A stretch of 64,000 nt of DNA, taken from contig NIVC01001346.1 of NCBI GenBank assembly GCA_002269645.1, positions 1 through 64,000 on the forward strand. Direction: 5' to 3'. The position numbers and the translations under genes were made by a program. The notes below the pieces were generated by a model that saw only the letters and a program-made list of their open reading frames with translations, did no database searches and had not been told where the DNA came from. Shown in pieces: positions 23,155 to 34,899 of the stretch. This stretch comes from Macrostomum lignano. Taxonomy: Eukaryota. Within the stretch, counting starts at the first letter, position 1; each line of letters begins with the position of its first letter.

Positions 23155-25193
23155 GGCAATTATCAAGTTTTGTTTGTTAAATTTTTTTGACTCTAGAAAA
23201 GTACTATACAAACTTTTTTAAGTATAAATAAATACTTTTAAGACTTAAGCCTGATTAAGCACTAATTATGTGCTTCAAAACTTGTTATAATGTATCTGAC
23301 ATCAGAAAGCTACAATAGTCTATGGCCAGAACATTTGAACATTTTTCAATTTGAAAAAGGTCTATGGTCAAGTCTAAACATCAATGATCTTTAACAAGTT
23401 GACAAGTAACAAATAAATAAAAGTAAAGCCTTAAATTTAGCTAGGCTGTCCAATGTGATAACAAAAGTTTGTCAACAAAATCGTAAAAAGTTACAAAATA
23501 GTGTCAACTTTGATTTCAAATTTTGGATAAAGTATTGTGTGCACAGAACTGCTGAAATATACACTGAAAAGAAGAAAAAAACTCTGTAATCTGACCAAAC
23601 CCCAAGTAAAATTATTAATCCTTTCCCTACAAAATGCTGCACCTCTTGGAGAAGTACTTGAGGCACATCAAAGCTGGCTTCAAGAAAGGCATCATAAGAC
23701 GAATGAAGCTTGCCAGACTTCAGTTTGCGCTTGTGATCTCTGTACAAATCTTGTGCCTTCTTCTTGCAATGGCGGATCTTTTGCAGAAGAGCCTCTTTGC
23801 ACTTGTCACTAAGGCTCATCGAAATGAGCCCCATTGCACGAAGCAGGCAAGTTGCCATAGCAACGCCTGTTTCATTTTTACTTCTTGCCTTTTCAAAAAA
23901 ATGGATGGCCCTTTGATTTGAAATGACCACAAGGCGATCTTTTGAAGATGATGCCATTTTAACTTTGAATGAGAAGGCTGAAAATCTATGTTCATGAAAA
24001 AGTGCATTGGCCTTTGCCAACAAAACTAGTGTTGTGCAATATAAATAGAATTGATAAAAACATTTTATAATATTTATCATTCCCTAATAAATAAACTAAG
24101 AATAAAATACATTACATAGCATAGGTACCCTATATTAGAACTTAATGAGATAATAAAGATTAAAGTCAAATATATACATTTGTGTAATAAAGGTACAAAT
24201 TAATTATATATAGAAATGAATAAAACAACAATATCTTTTCTCTAGATAATTAATTCTCAGCAAAACTTTATATATTATTTAATATACATGTTCTTAACAC
24301 AAGGACAAAATAGTGAGAGTATATCTTCCATATTTTTAAGTTTTCCATGTTTAAATAAAAAATCATGCATCCGGTAGCTTGTATTTTTATATTTTTAAAA
24401 AATTCTTTTACAAAATCCAATGATATCTCTATAAATAGACAATGACAAATATATCACAAAAATGAAAACAATTTCTTTTTTCAAATGACACCAGAGCCAA
24501 TAATTTCTTGCCAAAAATAAGAAAGTTATGTTCATTTAAACACAAAAAAATTTTTCAAGAACGAAAAAATGAACCAGATTGTAATGTATTTTTGTCATCT
24601 AAAAAGTTGAAATTTTTAAACACAAAAATTGTTATAACTTTTTTATTACTAGCTCGTAGTTCAATTTTCATGAGTGAAGTCTTTTTGGAATGCTACAAAC
24701 ATCCTCTATAATGTTTTATTGTTAGATTAGCAGATTTTTTTACTTTCAAAATCTCATTGGACAGCCTATAGCTAGGCTATGCTGCGCGCCATGCATGGGA
24801 CTTTATAAGCCCTATTTGAAATATACTTAGAAGAATTGTTGTGTCAACTAAACCCAATGAACCCATTTGGGAATACCCTATTATGGATTTCTCATTACTA
24901 TAACATGCAAAGCTTTTGCTGTTTGTTGGCAGTTTGACCATAGACAATAATACTTTTTATTTGTTTCTATTAAGACTGATTCACTTGTTAACATTTTGGC
25001 CATAGACCCTGTCCCTATTGCAGCTTTTTGGTATCAGATACATTAGGCCCTATAACAAGTTTTGAAGCATAGGATTAGTGCTTAATCAGGCTTAAGTCTC
25101 TTAAAAATATTTATTTGTACTTAAAATAGTTTATATAGTACTTTTCTAGAGTCGAAATAATTTAACAAATGGAACTTGATGTTGACAATTGCC
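23155..25193. mobile_element. Fold-back-like element with long diverged inverted arms (~23155-23460 and ~24750-25193)
   Basis: For example TATCAAGTTTTGTTTGTTAAATTTTTTTGACTCTAGAAAAGTAC versus the reverse complement of GTACTTTTCTAGAGTCGAAATAATTTAACAAATGGAACTTGATG. Several further colinear matches. Confidence 0.7.
23600..23954 (-). pseudogene. Possible coding remnant inside the fold-back element (MASSKDRLVVISNQ...)
   Basis: Open, more GC-balanced stretch within AT-rich DNA (part of ORF 23472-24080). No family recognised. Confidence 0.3.
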
Positions 25194-25202
25194 CTATAAG
25201 GC

Positions 25203-25497
25203 AATGGCTAGAGTTCCGGCACTGGAACCCATTTTCTAATGGCTATGGATCCGGCAGTGCCATTATAATATAGATAGAACATTATATTTTTCTTTCTACA
25301 GGTGGCTGATATTGAGATTTTGTTCTAGATTAAAATTTAAGACAGATGATATGATAAGATTCAGGACAAGATGCTTTTAATATTTAGACTTATTAATATA
25401 TGTTCTTAGCAGTCTTTATATGCTTCTATACGGCACTGCCGGATCCCTAGCTGTTAGAAAACGAGTTTCAGTGCCGGAACTCTAGGCCCTAGCCATT
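25203..25497. mobile_element. MITE with ~55-bp terminal inverted repeats
   Basis: CTAGAGTTCCGGCACTGGAACCCATTTTCTAATGGCTATGGATCCGGCAGTGCC (left) mirrors GGCACTGCCGGATCCCTAGCTGTTAGAAAACGAGTTTCAGTGCCGGAACTCTAG (right). TSD not evident. Confidence 0.7.
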
Positions 25498-25891
25498 ACC
25501 GACCTATAGACTAAACATGTCATAAAACAAAAAATGGATAAATGTAATAAATAAGGCTAAATTTAGGCCTAATTTTAGGTCTAGCAGCCAGTAGTAGTAG
25601 ACCTTTTAGCTTAGCTTACTATATTACGCTAGACTACAGTCTACACTAGCCTAGACCTATGCTAGGCCTATTTAATTGGGTCAACGTCTATTAATTAATA
25701 TTATTAAAGGCAAATATTATACGTCTGTCTGTTACATGTAAAAACATTATGTTATAAAATGTTTCAATAATATTACATCGATAACCACGTATAATCAATA
25801 TTGGCTACTGCAAGCTTCTACTAGGTCTAGTACTGGTACTAGCACAGTAGCACTAGGTTTGAGCCTCGATTAAGTAAATTTCTTGACTTAC

Positions 25892-25955
25892 CTACAACCT
25901 TCTTTTCAGCCTTCGTCTCCGTGTTGTCTGTCTTCGCTGTATCGTTGGTTGCCAT
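25892..25955 (-). CDS. YBX1: Y-box protein exon 1
   Basis: MATNDTAKTDNTETKAEKKVV plus G, then a GTAAGT donor (phase 1). Joins exon 2 as [16 protein letters not shown], matching YB-1 KKVIATKV. The full model is 663 nt (220 aa). Confidence 0.88.
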
Positions 25956-26688
25956 TATACAGCTTCCGGATGGTAAACCTTCTCTTTGATGTTAATAAAA
26001 CGATGTTGTTCACTAAACCTTCAGTTTGCTTGCATGGGTCATTAGATTACCATGACACAATTGAACAAAAAAGGCTTTTTCTAATTTCAAAAGTCTTCAA
26101 AAATTTTACAACGTAAACCAATTTTACGTTTAAATAAAATTCCTAAGCTTAAAAGACTGTTAGGATGTTAAAGTAATTAAATTATTTTATCCTTAAAAAA
26201 TTCTCTATGCGTTTTTTGTTAATGTGGATCCTTGTTTACTTACCTGTGATGTACAAGTAAGGCATGAGCTTTGCACAACGGACAGCTATTAATATTAAAA
26301 AAAAATAAGTAAAAGAACGATCATCGGCTTGGACATACACTAGTCTTCTTACATATATAAAAATGCTCCGAAGTCGATTACAGCTGCAAGTACATGTAGA
26401 AATTTTCAATAGCGATATATTGAAAGGCTAAAACTCAGAAAATTATGTAACATGAATTGTACATGTTATTGTACGCACATGTAAAATGCATTTACTGTAC
26501 CTCTATAACTTCCCTATTGCCATCTAAATTCTTGCAAAAACTCACCTAAAATTTTCTTGCAAAATAATCGAATACCGAATTGAAGACAAAAGACCAAAAA
26601 ATTGGACAAATCCTTGTTTTTTGTTTGTACATAAGATTTATTTTACACCATATATATAATTAAAAGTAAACTTCTGTATATTTCTATT

Positions 26689-27357
26689 CTAGTTTACATC
26701 GGAGCTTCCACGATTGTCAGCAGGCAGATCTGCCTGCGACTCCAGCAGCTGAAGATGCTGTGGCGCTGCGGTCTGCCGCTTTCGATAGACGGCCAACACA
26801 CCGTCAGTGGCGACCTTAGCTTGCATGACCAGGAACGCGAGGGCCACGCCGGCAAAGGCGATTCCAAACAGACAGGCGACCAGGTTGATGCTGACATGCG
26901 CACGCTCCCTGTACGAAGCGGCGGCGACGAAAAAGTGAGCATATTGCGCCACCTCAACTGTGGAGCAGGCTAGCAGCAGTAGGGTCAGAGCGGCGCCAAC
27001 AACAGACGCAACGGCGCTGGCAGCAACCGCTTGAAGACGCCGAGGCAGATCGGCGGCCCCGCTGTCCGAAGAGGCGAATAGACTGAGCAAGCTGGGCAAA
27101 ACGATGTACAGCCCAACAAGCAGAGCGCATCCGTGAAGCGCCGAAGAGAAGGCATCTGTGTACATAAGAATGCAACGCAGGCGGGCTAGACAGCAGTGCA
27201 GGTACTGGAAACTCTCCAGCGTTATGAGACAGATTGACAGGGACAGCGTTAGAAGGGCGCGAGCGTTGAAAGCGAAGTAGCTCGGCGAAGCGACGCGCTG
27301 ACGCCAACCATAATGAGTTGAGTGCGAAGCGGTCGATGACGACACTGAAGAAGACAT
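26689..27357 (-). CDS. Intronless orphan membrane protein, ~4 predicted TM segments (222 aa)
   Basis: GC-rich ORF in AT-rich flanks with four hydrophobic stretches. AG directly before the ATG; AATAAA at about 26637 on the minus strand. Confidence 0.7.
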   Translation of the reverse strand: MSSSVSSSTASHSTHYGWRQRVASPSYFAFNARALLTLSLSICLITLESFQYLHCCLARLRCILMYTDAFSSALHGCALLVGLYIVLPSLLSLFASSDSGAADLPRRLQAVAASAVASVVGAALTLLLLACSTVEVAQYAHFFVAAASYRERAHVSINLVACLFGIAFAGVALAFLVMQAKVATDGVLAVYRKRQTAAPQHLQLLESQADLPADNRGSSDVN

Positions 27358-27759
27358 TCTTGCAATTGACTCTATACTCAGAACTCAGCTGAGCATTATT
27401 ATTACTGAACGACTCAAATTTATGCCTTCTTCAGAAGCGCGAGCGCTTCTCTCACATTGGCTGACATCAGGAAAACTCAACCGCCAATGGAGGGGAAGCT
27501 GGAATTGAAGCTATGAGTAAAATCATTTTTGCTGACTTGTAACGAACTCTTTATCGAATGCTTTAACAAATTCTTGTGACTTACTGTTTTCTTTTTTCTG
27601 AAGTAATTACTCGATATTCCCCATCAAATAGACAACTAAAGCAGAAGGGCTCTACTTGCTCGCAAATCGTGCGAATTACAGCTAAATTAAACTCCTTCGA
27701 GATATGTGGGCCTTCCCATCGGAAACTTTTTCACCGGTGACTTTCTATAGACAATCTAT

Positions 27760-27985
27760 AGGCACCCCTGTCCTAATCTAAAGACACCCCTATCCCAATC
27801 TATAGGCACCCCTGTCCTAATCTATAGGCACCCTTATCCCAATCTATAGACCCGCCTGTCCCAATTTACATGTATAGGCACCCCTGTCCCAATCTATAGG
27901 CACCCCTATCCCAATCTATAGACCCGCCTGTCCCAATTTACATGTATAGGCACCCCTGTCCCAATCGATAGACACCCCTGTCGCA
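27760..27985. repeat. ~22-bp degenerate tandem repeat (AATCTATAGGCACCCCTGTCCC)
   Basis: Direct reading. Confidence 0.85.
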
Positions 27986-28011
27986 CCCCATTACCCTAGA
28001 CGTCTAGCACG

Positions 28012-28810
28012 CTAATAGAGACGATCTTCATCTTCTTTGACGACACGACCAGCCACTTCACTGGAAGCAGCATCGGTCGCCGAAGAAGTGGAAGTCACTG
28101 TTTGCTGAAGTGTCCCAGAAATGTGCAGATGATCACGAGAGTTCACCTGTCAATTGTGGATGTGATAGGTGCTACGCGAGTGAATATACACGCAAGTTGG
28201 ACACCGGCCTGATGTCTTTCGAATCGACGGATCATGGGTTTTTTCCCGGGGGTCAAAGTGGTCAGCTGACCCCCCTTTGACGCCCTCCCGGATTCGCCAT
28301 TGAGTAAAGTTATGCTGTCCCTCCTCCAATATTTTTTTCATATAGAAAACAGTTGAATTTTAGTTTTGTCTCAAATTTCCATTGGTGGCTCATGATCCCC
28401 TGATTTTTTCAGGGAGGTCAGCTGACCCCCTCAAACCCCTTGGATCCCTTGCGTATACCTCCACTAATATTAGGGTTTTTAATTGTTAAAACAATTTTAA
28501 ACGATCCCTAATAATGCGAGCGTACGATTGCTATATTGCTGTGATACAAAGACTAACTCAATTGAATAAATGTTAAATAAATGAACCAGTTGTATCAATG
28601 ACTCAGACAATTTTGAATGCTGTATATAATTCATGCGGGTGCATAAATACCTAGCGCAATAGAACTTGGAGTAGTACCTTATCTCCATGTTGTGGTCTAT
28701 ATGAACTCCTTGGCTGCCATCGTACAGGTGGGGCCCAGTCTGAGTCATTGCCACGCCTGATACAGACATGCGGGATCCAGTCAGGTGACAAAGACAGTAA
28801 GTTGAGCACT
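28012..28810 (-). other. Two candidate exons (28678-28810 and 28012-28146) of an unidentified gene
   Basis: AG/GT boundaries and a phase-0 join giving ...RPQHGDK-VNSRDHLHISGTLQQ...EDEDRLY*. No homology recognised. Confidence 0.3.
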
Positions 28811-29504
28811 CTTCAGTCAACAAAGCTCAATATGGATAATGGTAATTAGTTTTCTAAACTGTTGCAACAGTTACGCGATAGATGCGTACAGCCAAATTGT
28901 AGATAACCAACAGCGTTGCACAGCATGCTTATGATAAACATGAGCTTATGACACTCCGCGCTTATGCAGCCTGGGCCAGTATGCCATGTTTGATATGTGT
29001 AGAAGAGTGACCAAGTAGTTAGGAAAGCTCATAACAGTTATTACCACGACAGGAATTATTAAACCCACTTTAAAAATGTAAATTTAATATCAAATGTGCA
29101 CAGTCTTTGATTTTATTTGAGATAAGCTTGAGATAAGATGAGAGCAATGTACAAAGTTAAAGCAAAAAACAGGGCGGGCCAGTCAGCTATCAGAGAGCGA
29201 CATGCTTATTTATAAGCGAGCTCTGTATACAGCATTAAGGCGATATGTTTAAAAAGTGGCATTTGCAGGGCATGTAAGAAACTGATATAAATGAAAACGC
29301 AATGTACAAGTGTAATACTAAAAAGTACGCTTAGCAGCGGGGCACCATGGAGAGAGATACGATTGTGAATGGGCTGCGCTTTAATGAGAAGAGGAATTTT
29401 TCAGCTTTCTTAGCACAAGATAAAAAAGACAAAAGAACACTGAGAACTTTCTATCTCAACTGCCAACGATCTACTATTTGATCTGGTATTGCGCATGTCA
29501 AGCG

Positions 29505-30002
29505 CTAGCGTCTTATGGCACGGCAGGCCCAGCTGAAATCCCTTTGCAGCTCCAGCTGGTAGCTGCGCTCAGCAGGCCATCGCGACTCGCGCAGTCTCAA
29601 CTCCAGTTTGAGTCCAGTCGCCGCCGGCTCGCACCGAATGCGACTCCACAGGTAGCCGCTGAGCGAGCTGGCCGCTACGCAGGACCGGATCGACTCCCAG
29701 CTGGGTGGCAGATTCGACTCCACGCGCACCGACGGAGGGTCCAGCGGACGACAGGCGGCGAAGGGCGCCGCAACTCCCTCGAGTCGATCGTCCTGTCGCG
29801 GATAGAACGGCTCCGTCATCAAAATAGCCTGACGGAAAGCTTCCAGATTAGCCTTGTCAAACTGATTACTAGTGAGGATGCGGGACTCCAGCACCGGCCT
29901 GCTGGTTGGCCACAGGTAGGTGGGAATGGCGCTGGCTCTGGTCCGATGCAGCAGAGCAAGGCCAACTAGCAGTAAATACGGAATCGAGCATTGAAATCGC
30001 AT
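29505..30002 (-). CDS. Putative secreted protein (signal peptide MRFQCSIPYLLLVGLALLHRTRASA), possibly spliced to the 28-kb exons
   Basis: GC/CpG-rich ORF with an N-terminal hydrophobic leader. Confidence 0.5.
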   Translation of the reverse strand: MRFQCSIPYLLLVGLALLHRTRASAIPTYLWPTSRPVLESRILTSNQFDKANLEAFRQAILMTEPFYPRQDDRLEGVAAPFAACRPLDPPSVRVESNLPPSWESIRSCVAASSLSGYLWSRIRCEPAATGLKLELRLRESRWPAERSYQLELQRDFSWACRAIRR

Positions 30003-30489
30003 GATTGACGCAGCACCAAGAGACGAAGTTTGCTTCAGTTGGTGGCAGAAAAGATACAATCTTACATAGCGAGCTTCTGGAAGGGTCCAATTTTATAACG
30101 AGGCACACAGTTCCCGCTCCGAGTTAGGAGGGAATCCCGTGGAGTTTGTGTTTACTATAGATTAAAATATTCGACACGCGTCTGCTTGTAATCTTGCAGG
30201 TCACTAGGTAGTGACGATATAGATAAGATGTAGCACTGTCAGGTAATGCCTTCAGGCACAAAAATATAAAGTTCCAACAGTAGCTAGTAATTGTGTAAAA
30301 AGGCAATTCCAGAATTACTCGAGTCTATTTTTATCAACTCGGAACTTTCAATTTTGGCTGCCTTGGAGGGGGGGGGGTTCACTACGTCATCACGGTTTCA
30401 TAAATTTCAAATGGCACGCTTGATCACAAACTCGAACTTACACAATGATCTCTTTCGTTTCTCTTCGGGTTCAGGGCCAGAATCAGAAA

Positions 30490-30925
30490 TTCTCTCCAGC
30501 ATAGAAATTCTCCCACGATATAGAAGTTCTCCCATAGCATAGAAATTCTCCCCAGCATAGAAATTCTTCCACGGCATAGAAATTCTCCCACGATATAGAA
30601 ATTCCCCCACAGCATAGAAATTCTCCCACAGCCTAGAAATTCTCCCATAGCCTAGAAATTCTCCCACAGCCTAGAAATTCTCCCATAGCATAGAAATTCT
30701 CCCATAGCCTAGATATTCTACCACAGCCTAGAAATTCTCCCACAGCCTAGAAATTCTCCCATAGCCTAGAAATTCTCCCACAGCCTAGAAATTCTCCCAT
30801 AGCATAGAAATTCTCCCACAGCCTAGAAATTATCCCATAGCATAGAAATCCTCCCACAGCCTAGAAATTCTCCCATAGCATAGAAATTCTCCCATAGCAT
30901 AAGAACTATTCCTCAGCATAGAAAA
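30490..30925. repeat. 19-bp minisatellite (CTCCCACAGCCTAGAAATT), ~22 copies
   Basis: Direct reading. Confidence 0.93.
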
Positions 30926-32265
30926 TCCTCACATGAATTCCTATATACTAAAAATGGTTTGTATGATGCTAAAATTGTAAGTCTTATTAAATAAAGGCAG
31001 AAGACTGAAGGCAGCCTCAAGACTTCCATTGCAGGCAAGTTCCGGTTTGATCACTATTAATGAGGTGCATTGGGTGACCCGGGAAGTCACTAGAGGCTGT
31101 TTATTATTTACAAACAACAGTAAAGTGAATTGCACAATATACTCAGTCAGTATTTGAGCAGGCAGAAAATTCAATTAAAATCAGTTAACATTTTACATGT
31201 ACACTACTTACAAGAGTAATGAAACAAAATCTAAACTTAACTACGAGTACATTAAGTAACTCAAGGGAAATGCATTTTTCTAATACTAAAAAAACAAAAA
31301 AATCATTTTTACACCTGTTGACCCTACAGTAAAGAAGTTAACAGAAGTAAAATATATTAAATACAATATTGATCTCTCTGTCAAGCAAGGGACAAATAGA
31401 AAGTCAATTAAAAAAATTGTTCTAAAGCTGTCGGGCGGGAGAAACAATATGACGCTAAATACCTACTTAATATTGGCGCCCATGTATGGTAATAAACCTA
31501 ATTTATTACACCAATCACAGTGCATGTCTAAGCACCGAAGACAAACCTATTTTAGGCGCTAAGATATCCGACCTAGTCTGTTTTGGTTTATCAAAAAAGC
31601 AAGTCGCTAATGATAAAACTTTTTTCGCGCCTAAAATCCCAAATGTGTTTTAGCGCTAATCACAAACTTATTTTGGCGCCAATTACAAACCTATTTTAGC
31701 GTCAAATACAAGCCTATTTTGGCGCCAATTACAAACCTACCGTGGCGCCGGGAACAAAATCCACTAGACGTTCACTCATGAGTTAAAAGTAAAAACCGCT
31801 AATAAAAGAATCACGACTACTCATCAAAGCTACAAAAGTTTGAAAGAAATGCAACAAAGTCAGAATAACAAGTTTATAACAAGCCATTAATAAAATATCA
31901 TTGCTATAAATTTTAACAGAAGAAACTACGAGAAAGCACTGAAGCGTGAAAAAAGAACAGAAAAAAATAAACAATGTCAATATAAACAAAAAAAACAGAT
32001 TCGACTAGCGGGCAAAACTAATTAACAGATTAATCATCCCGGGCAAACAGGTGAGGGGTTTCCAGTTGTTTTTAGTACTGGTCAGAAAGGTTGCTGCAGC
32101 TGTAGGTAAGAGTTGATAATTAGGTAATAAGAAACTAATCTTGTCAAGATAATGTCTTTCTAGAACCCACTGGCTTTAGGCCTAATTAGCATATCTTCAT
32201 CGCATGGACCGTTGAATGCAGGCTGTTTAATTGCAAAGCAATTCAAGAAATCTGTTATCCAGCTG

Positions 32266-32497
32266 TTAAACATTGAATTCGTCAGCTTTGTCAGCTATGA
32301 GAAATGCGTCAGCCATTGACAGATTGGCAAAACGAGACGGCGAAGCATTCGATTGCTGCTGCTGTTCTGGAATCGATTCCGAGTCTTCTCCAACCCTGCG
32401 CCATCGTCCGCTGCCGCTACCGCCGCGGGTGCCGCTGCTGCCGCTGCAGATGCTGCGTATGCTGCGAAACAATTGCTGCTCCTGTTGTTGCTGCTGA

Positions 32498-32529
<32 letters not shown>

Positions 32530-32895
32530 TTGCTGCTGCTGCTGTTGCTGCTGCTGCTGTTGCTGCTCGCGCCTCTTCATCGACGCCCTGTACAGATGTG
32601 GAGCGTATCGCTTCGGCACAATGGCCTCCAAGTCTTCGTCGCCGACTTCGACTGCATCAGTGGCGTTGCCATCTCTCCCGTCGCCGTCGCCACCGCCGCC
32701 TGCGCCACCTCCGCCGCCGCAGTTGCTGCCATTGAATCCGGGATCCGCGTCCATCGGCACGTCCACCGGTTTGATGTTGATGTCGCGGACAGCTCGGAAT
32801 TGGCCGCAATTATTCAGGTGCTCGTTCTCTAAGCGGAAATAGTTCCAGATAAACCGGCGAAACACCTCCAATAGAGCTAAGCCGCTCATCAGTAC
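32266..32895 (-). CDS. XPR1: XPR1/SYG1 exon 9 (end of EXS domain plus polyG/polyQ tail)
   Basis: [39 protein letters not shown] is the conserved XPR1 motif. TTTTCCAG acceptor, stop at 32266. Confidence 0.93.
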
Positions 32896-33084
32896 CTGGA
32901 AAAACATATACAAGCACTGTGCAGCGTCCAGTTTCAAATTAAATGTACAGGATGTACACCGATGCTCATGAAAGCTCACTCGACAAGCAGCCCCAACCAA
33001 CATCCATGGAAAATACATACAAGTACAGTACGAGTTCGCCCTCGCGAATAACTCATATATATAAATTCTAAAATTTCTCTTCCA

Positions 33085-33440
33085 ATCGCTAACAGACCCG
33101 TCACCCCTAGAATGTACATCTGAAGACTTTTTTCTCTCCCGCAAATCAATAACAGTCCCGTCACCCCTAGAATGTACATCTGAAGACTTCTCTCTCTCTC
33201 TCTGTCCCGCGAATCAATAACAGCCCCTTCACCCCTAGAATGTACATCTGAAGACTTCTCTCACTTTCTCCTGCGAATCAAAACAGTCCCGTCACCCCTA
33301 GAATGTACGTCTAAAGACTTCTCTCACTCTCTCCCGCGAATCAATAAGAGCCCCGTCAGCCTTAGAATGTACATCTGAAGAATTATTTCCCTACAGAGTC
33401 AATATCAGACCCGCTAGCCCAACACCCATGTAATGTACCT
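33085..33440. repeat. 60-69-bp tandem repeat, ~5 copies, XPR1 intron 8
   Basis: CACCCCTAGAATGTACATCTGAAGACTT core at about 33102, 33162, 33230, 33293 and 33356. Confidence 0.88.
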
Positions 33441-33471
33441 AAAAAAGCTGATAGAAAGTAAAATCACCAAC

Positions 33472-33767
33472 CTGATGATGACCCTCGGTTAAATAGGACC
33501 TAGAAGCGATAGCAGCTAAACCAGAAAGTCGCAACAGTAAATTTTCAATCATAGCAGCATAATATACCCATGTTCTACTATAAACTAGATCTTCGCGCAA
33601 CAATTGGCCCTCTTTAGGCCGGTACAACAGGCCCCAGTCCATTAGAATGTCCCAGGTGTAGCCGTAGGCCGCTGCTAGCAGGAACAGACAGATGTGAACT
33701 GTCAGAGCGATCCAGTCTGTGGGAGTGGAAAATATGCTCAAGTTATTTATGGCGCGTTGGAGATATC
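33472..33767 (-). CDS. XPR1: XPR1 exon 8
   Basis: (R)[12 protein letters not shown]...[15 protein letters not shown]...LREDLVYS...[14 protein letters not shown]...GHHQ. CCAAG acceptor and GTTGGT donor. Confidence 0.9.
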
Positions 33768-33784
33768 CTTGGAAGAAAGGAAGG

Positions 33785-34540
33785 ATAGATGGATGGATGG
33801 ATGGATGGATGGATGGATGGATGAATGGATGGATGGATGGATGGATGGATGAATGAATGAATGAATGGATGGATGGATGGATGGATGGATGGATGGATGG
33901 ATGGATGGATGGATGGATGGATGGATGGATGAATGGATGGATGGATAAATGAATGAATGGATGGATGGATGGATGGATGGATGGATGGATGGATGGATGG
34001 ATGGATGGATGGATGGATGGATGGATGGATGGATGGATGGATGGATGGATGGATGGATGGATGGATGGATGGATGGATGGATGGATGAATGGATGGATGG
34101 ATGGATGGATGGATGGATGGATGGATGGATGGATGGATGGATGGATGGATGGATGGATGGATGGATGGATGGATGGATGGATGGATGGATGGATGGATGG
34201 ATGGATGGATGGATGGATGGATGGATGGATGGATGGATGGATGGATGGATGGATGGATGGATGGATGGATGGATGGATGGATGGATGGATGGATGGATGG
34301 ATGGATGGATGGATGGATGGATGGATGGATGGATGGATGGATGGATGGATGGATGGATGGATGGATGGATGGATGGATGGATGGATGGATGGATGGATGG
34401 ATGGATGGATGGATGGATGGATGGATGGATGGATGGATGGATGGATGGATGGATGGATGGATGGATGGATGGATGGATGGATGGATGGATGGATGGATGG
34501 ATGGATGGATGGATGGATGGATGGATGGATGGATGGATGG
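33785..34540. repeat. (GGAT)n microsatellite, ~190 units, filling XPR1 intron 7
   Basis: Direct reading. Confidence 0.98.
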
Positions 34541-34566
34541 AAGTTATAAAAATCGCATTATCTTAC

Positions 34567-34761
34567 TTCCAGTAGCATGATGCGCAACTGCGCCCGCAGT
34601 GGCAAAGAAGGTCATGCTGTACTTGCCGGCATTGACCAGGTGAGGGAACGCGTGCCTCTCAGGCATGTCCCAGTAACGGCGAAGGCACTGAGCAAAGCGG
34701 AACCAGGCTGGCAGGCAGCCAAACAGTGGCGCGAGGCCGTAAGCCAGGCCGGAGCATTCCA
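34567..34761 (-). CDS. XPR1: XPR1 exon 7
   Basis: [17 protein letters not shown]...[15 protein letters not shown] acceptor and GTAAGA donor. Confidence 0.92.
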
Positions 34762-34899
34762 CTAAGCGCGGGGGGGGGCGATGAGGATAAAAGGAAGGCG
34801 TTAGGGATAAAGCTGGAATCTGATATAACTGCGTGGCAACCTATTTTAGAATTTGTTAACTTGACCGAATACATTTAGTTATGTCACATTACTAAATCA

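Noticed and set aside
28240-28465. Harbinger-type MITE suggested by two GGTCAGCTGACC palindromes
   Set aside because: Terminal inverted repeats and TSD are not convincing.
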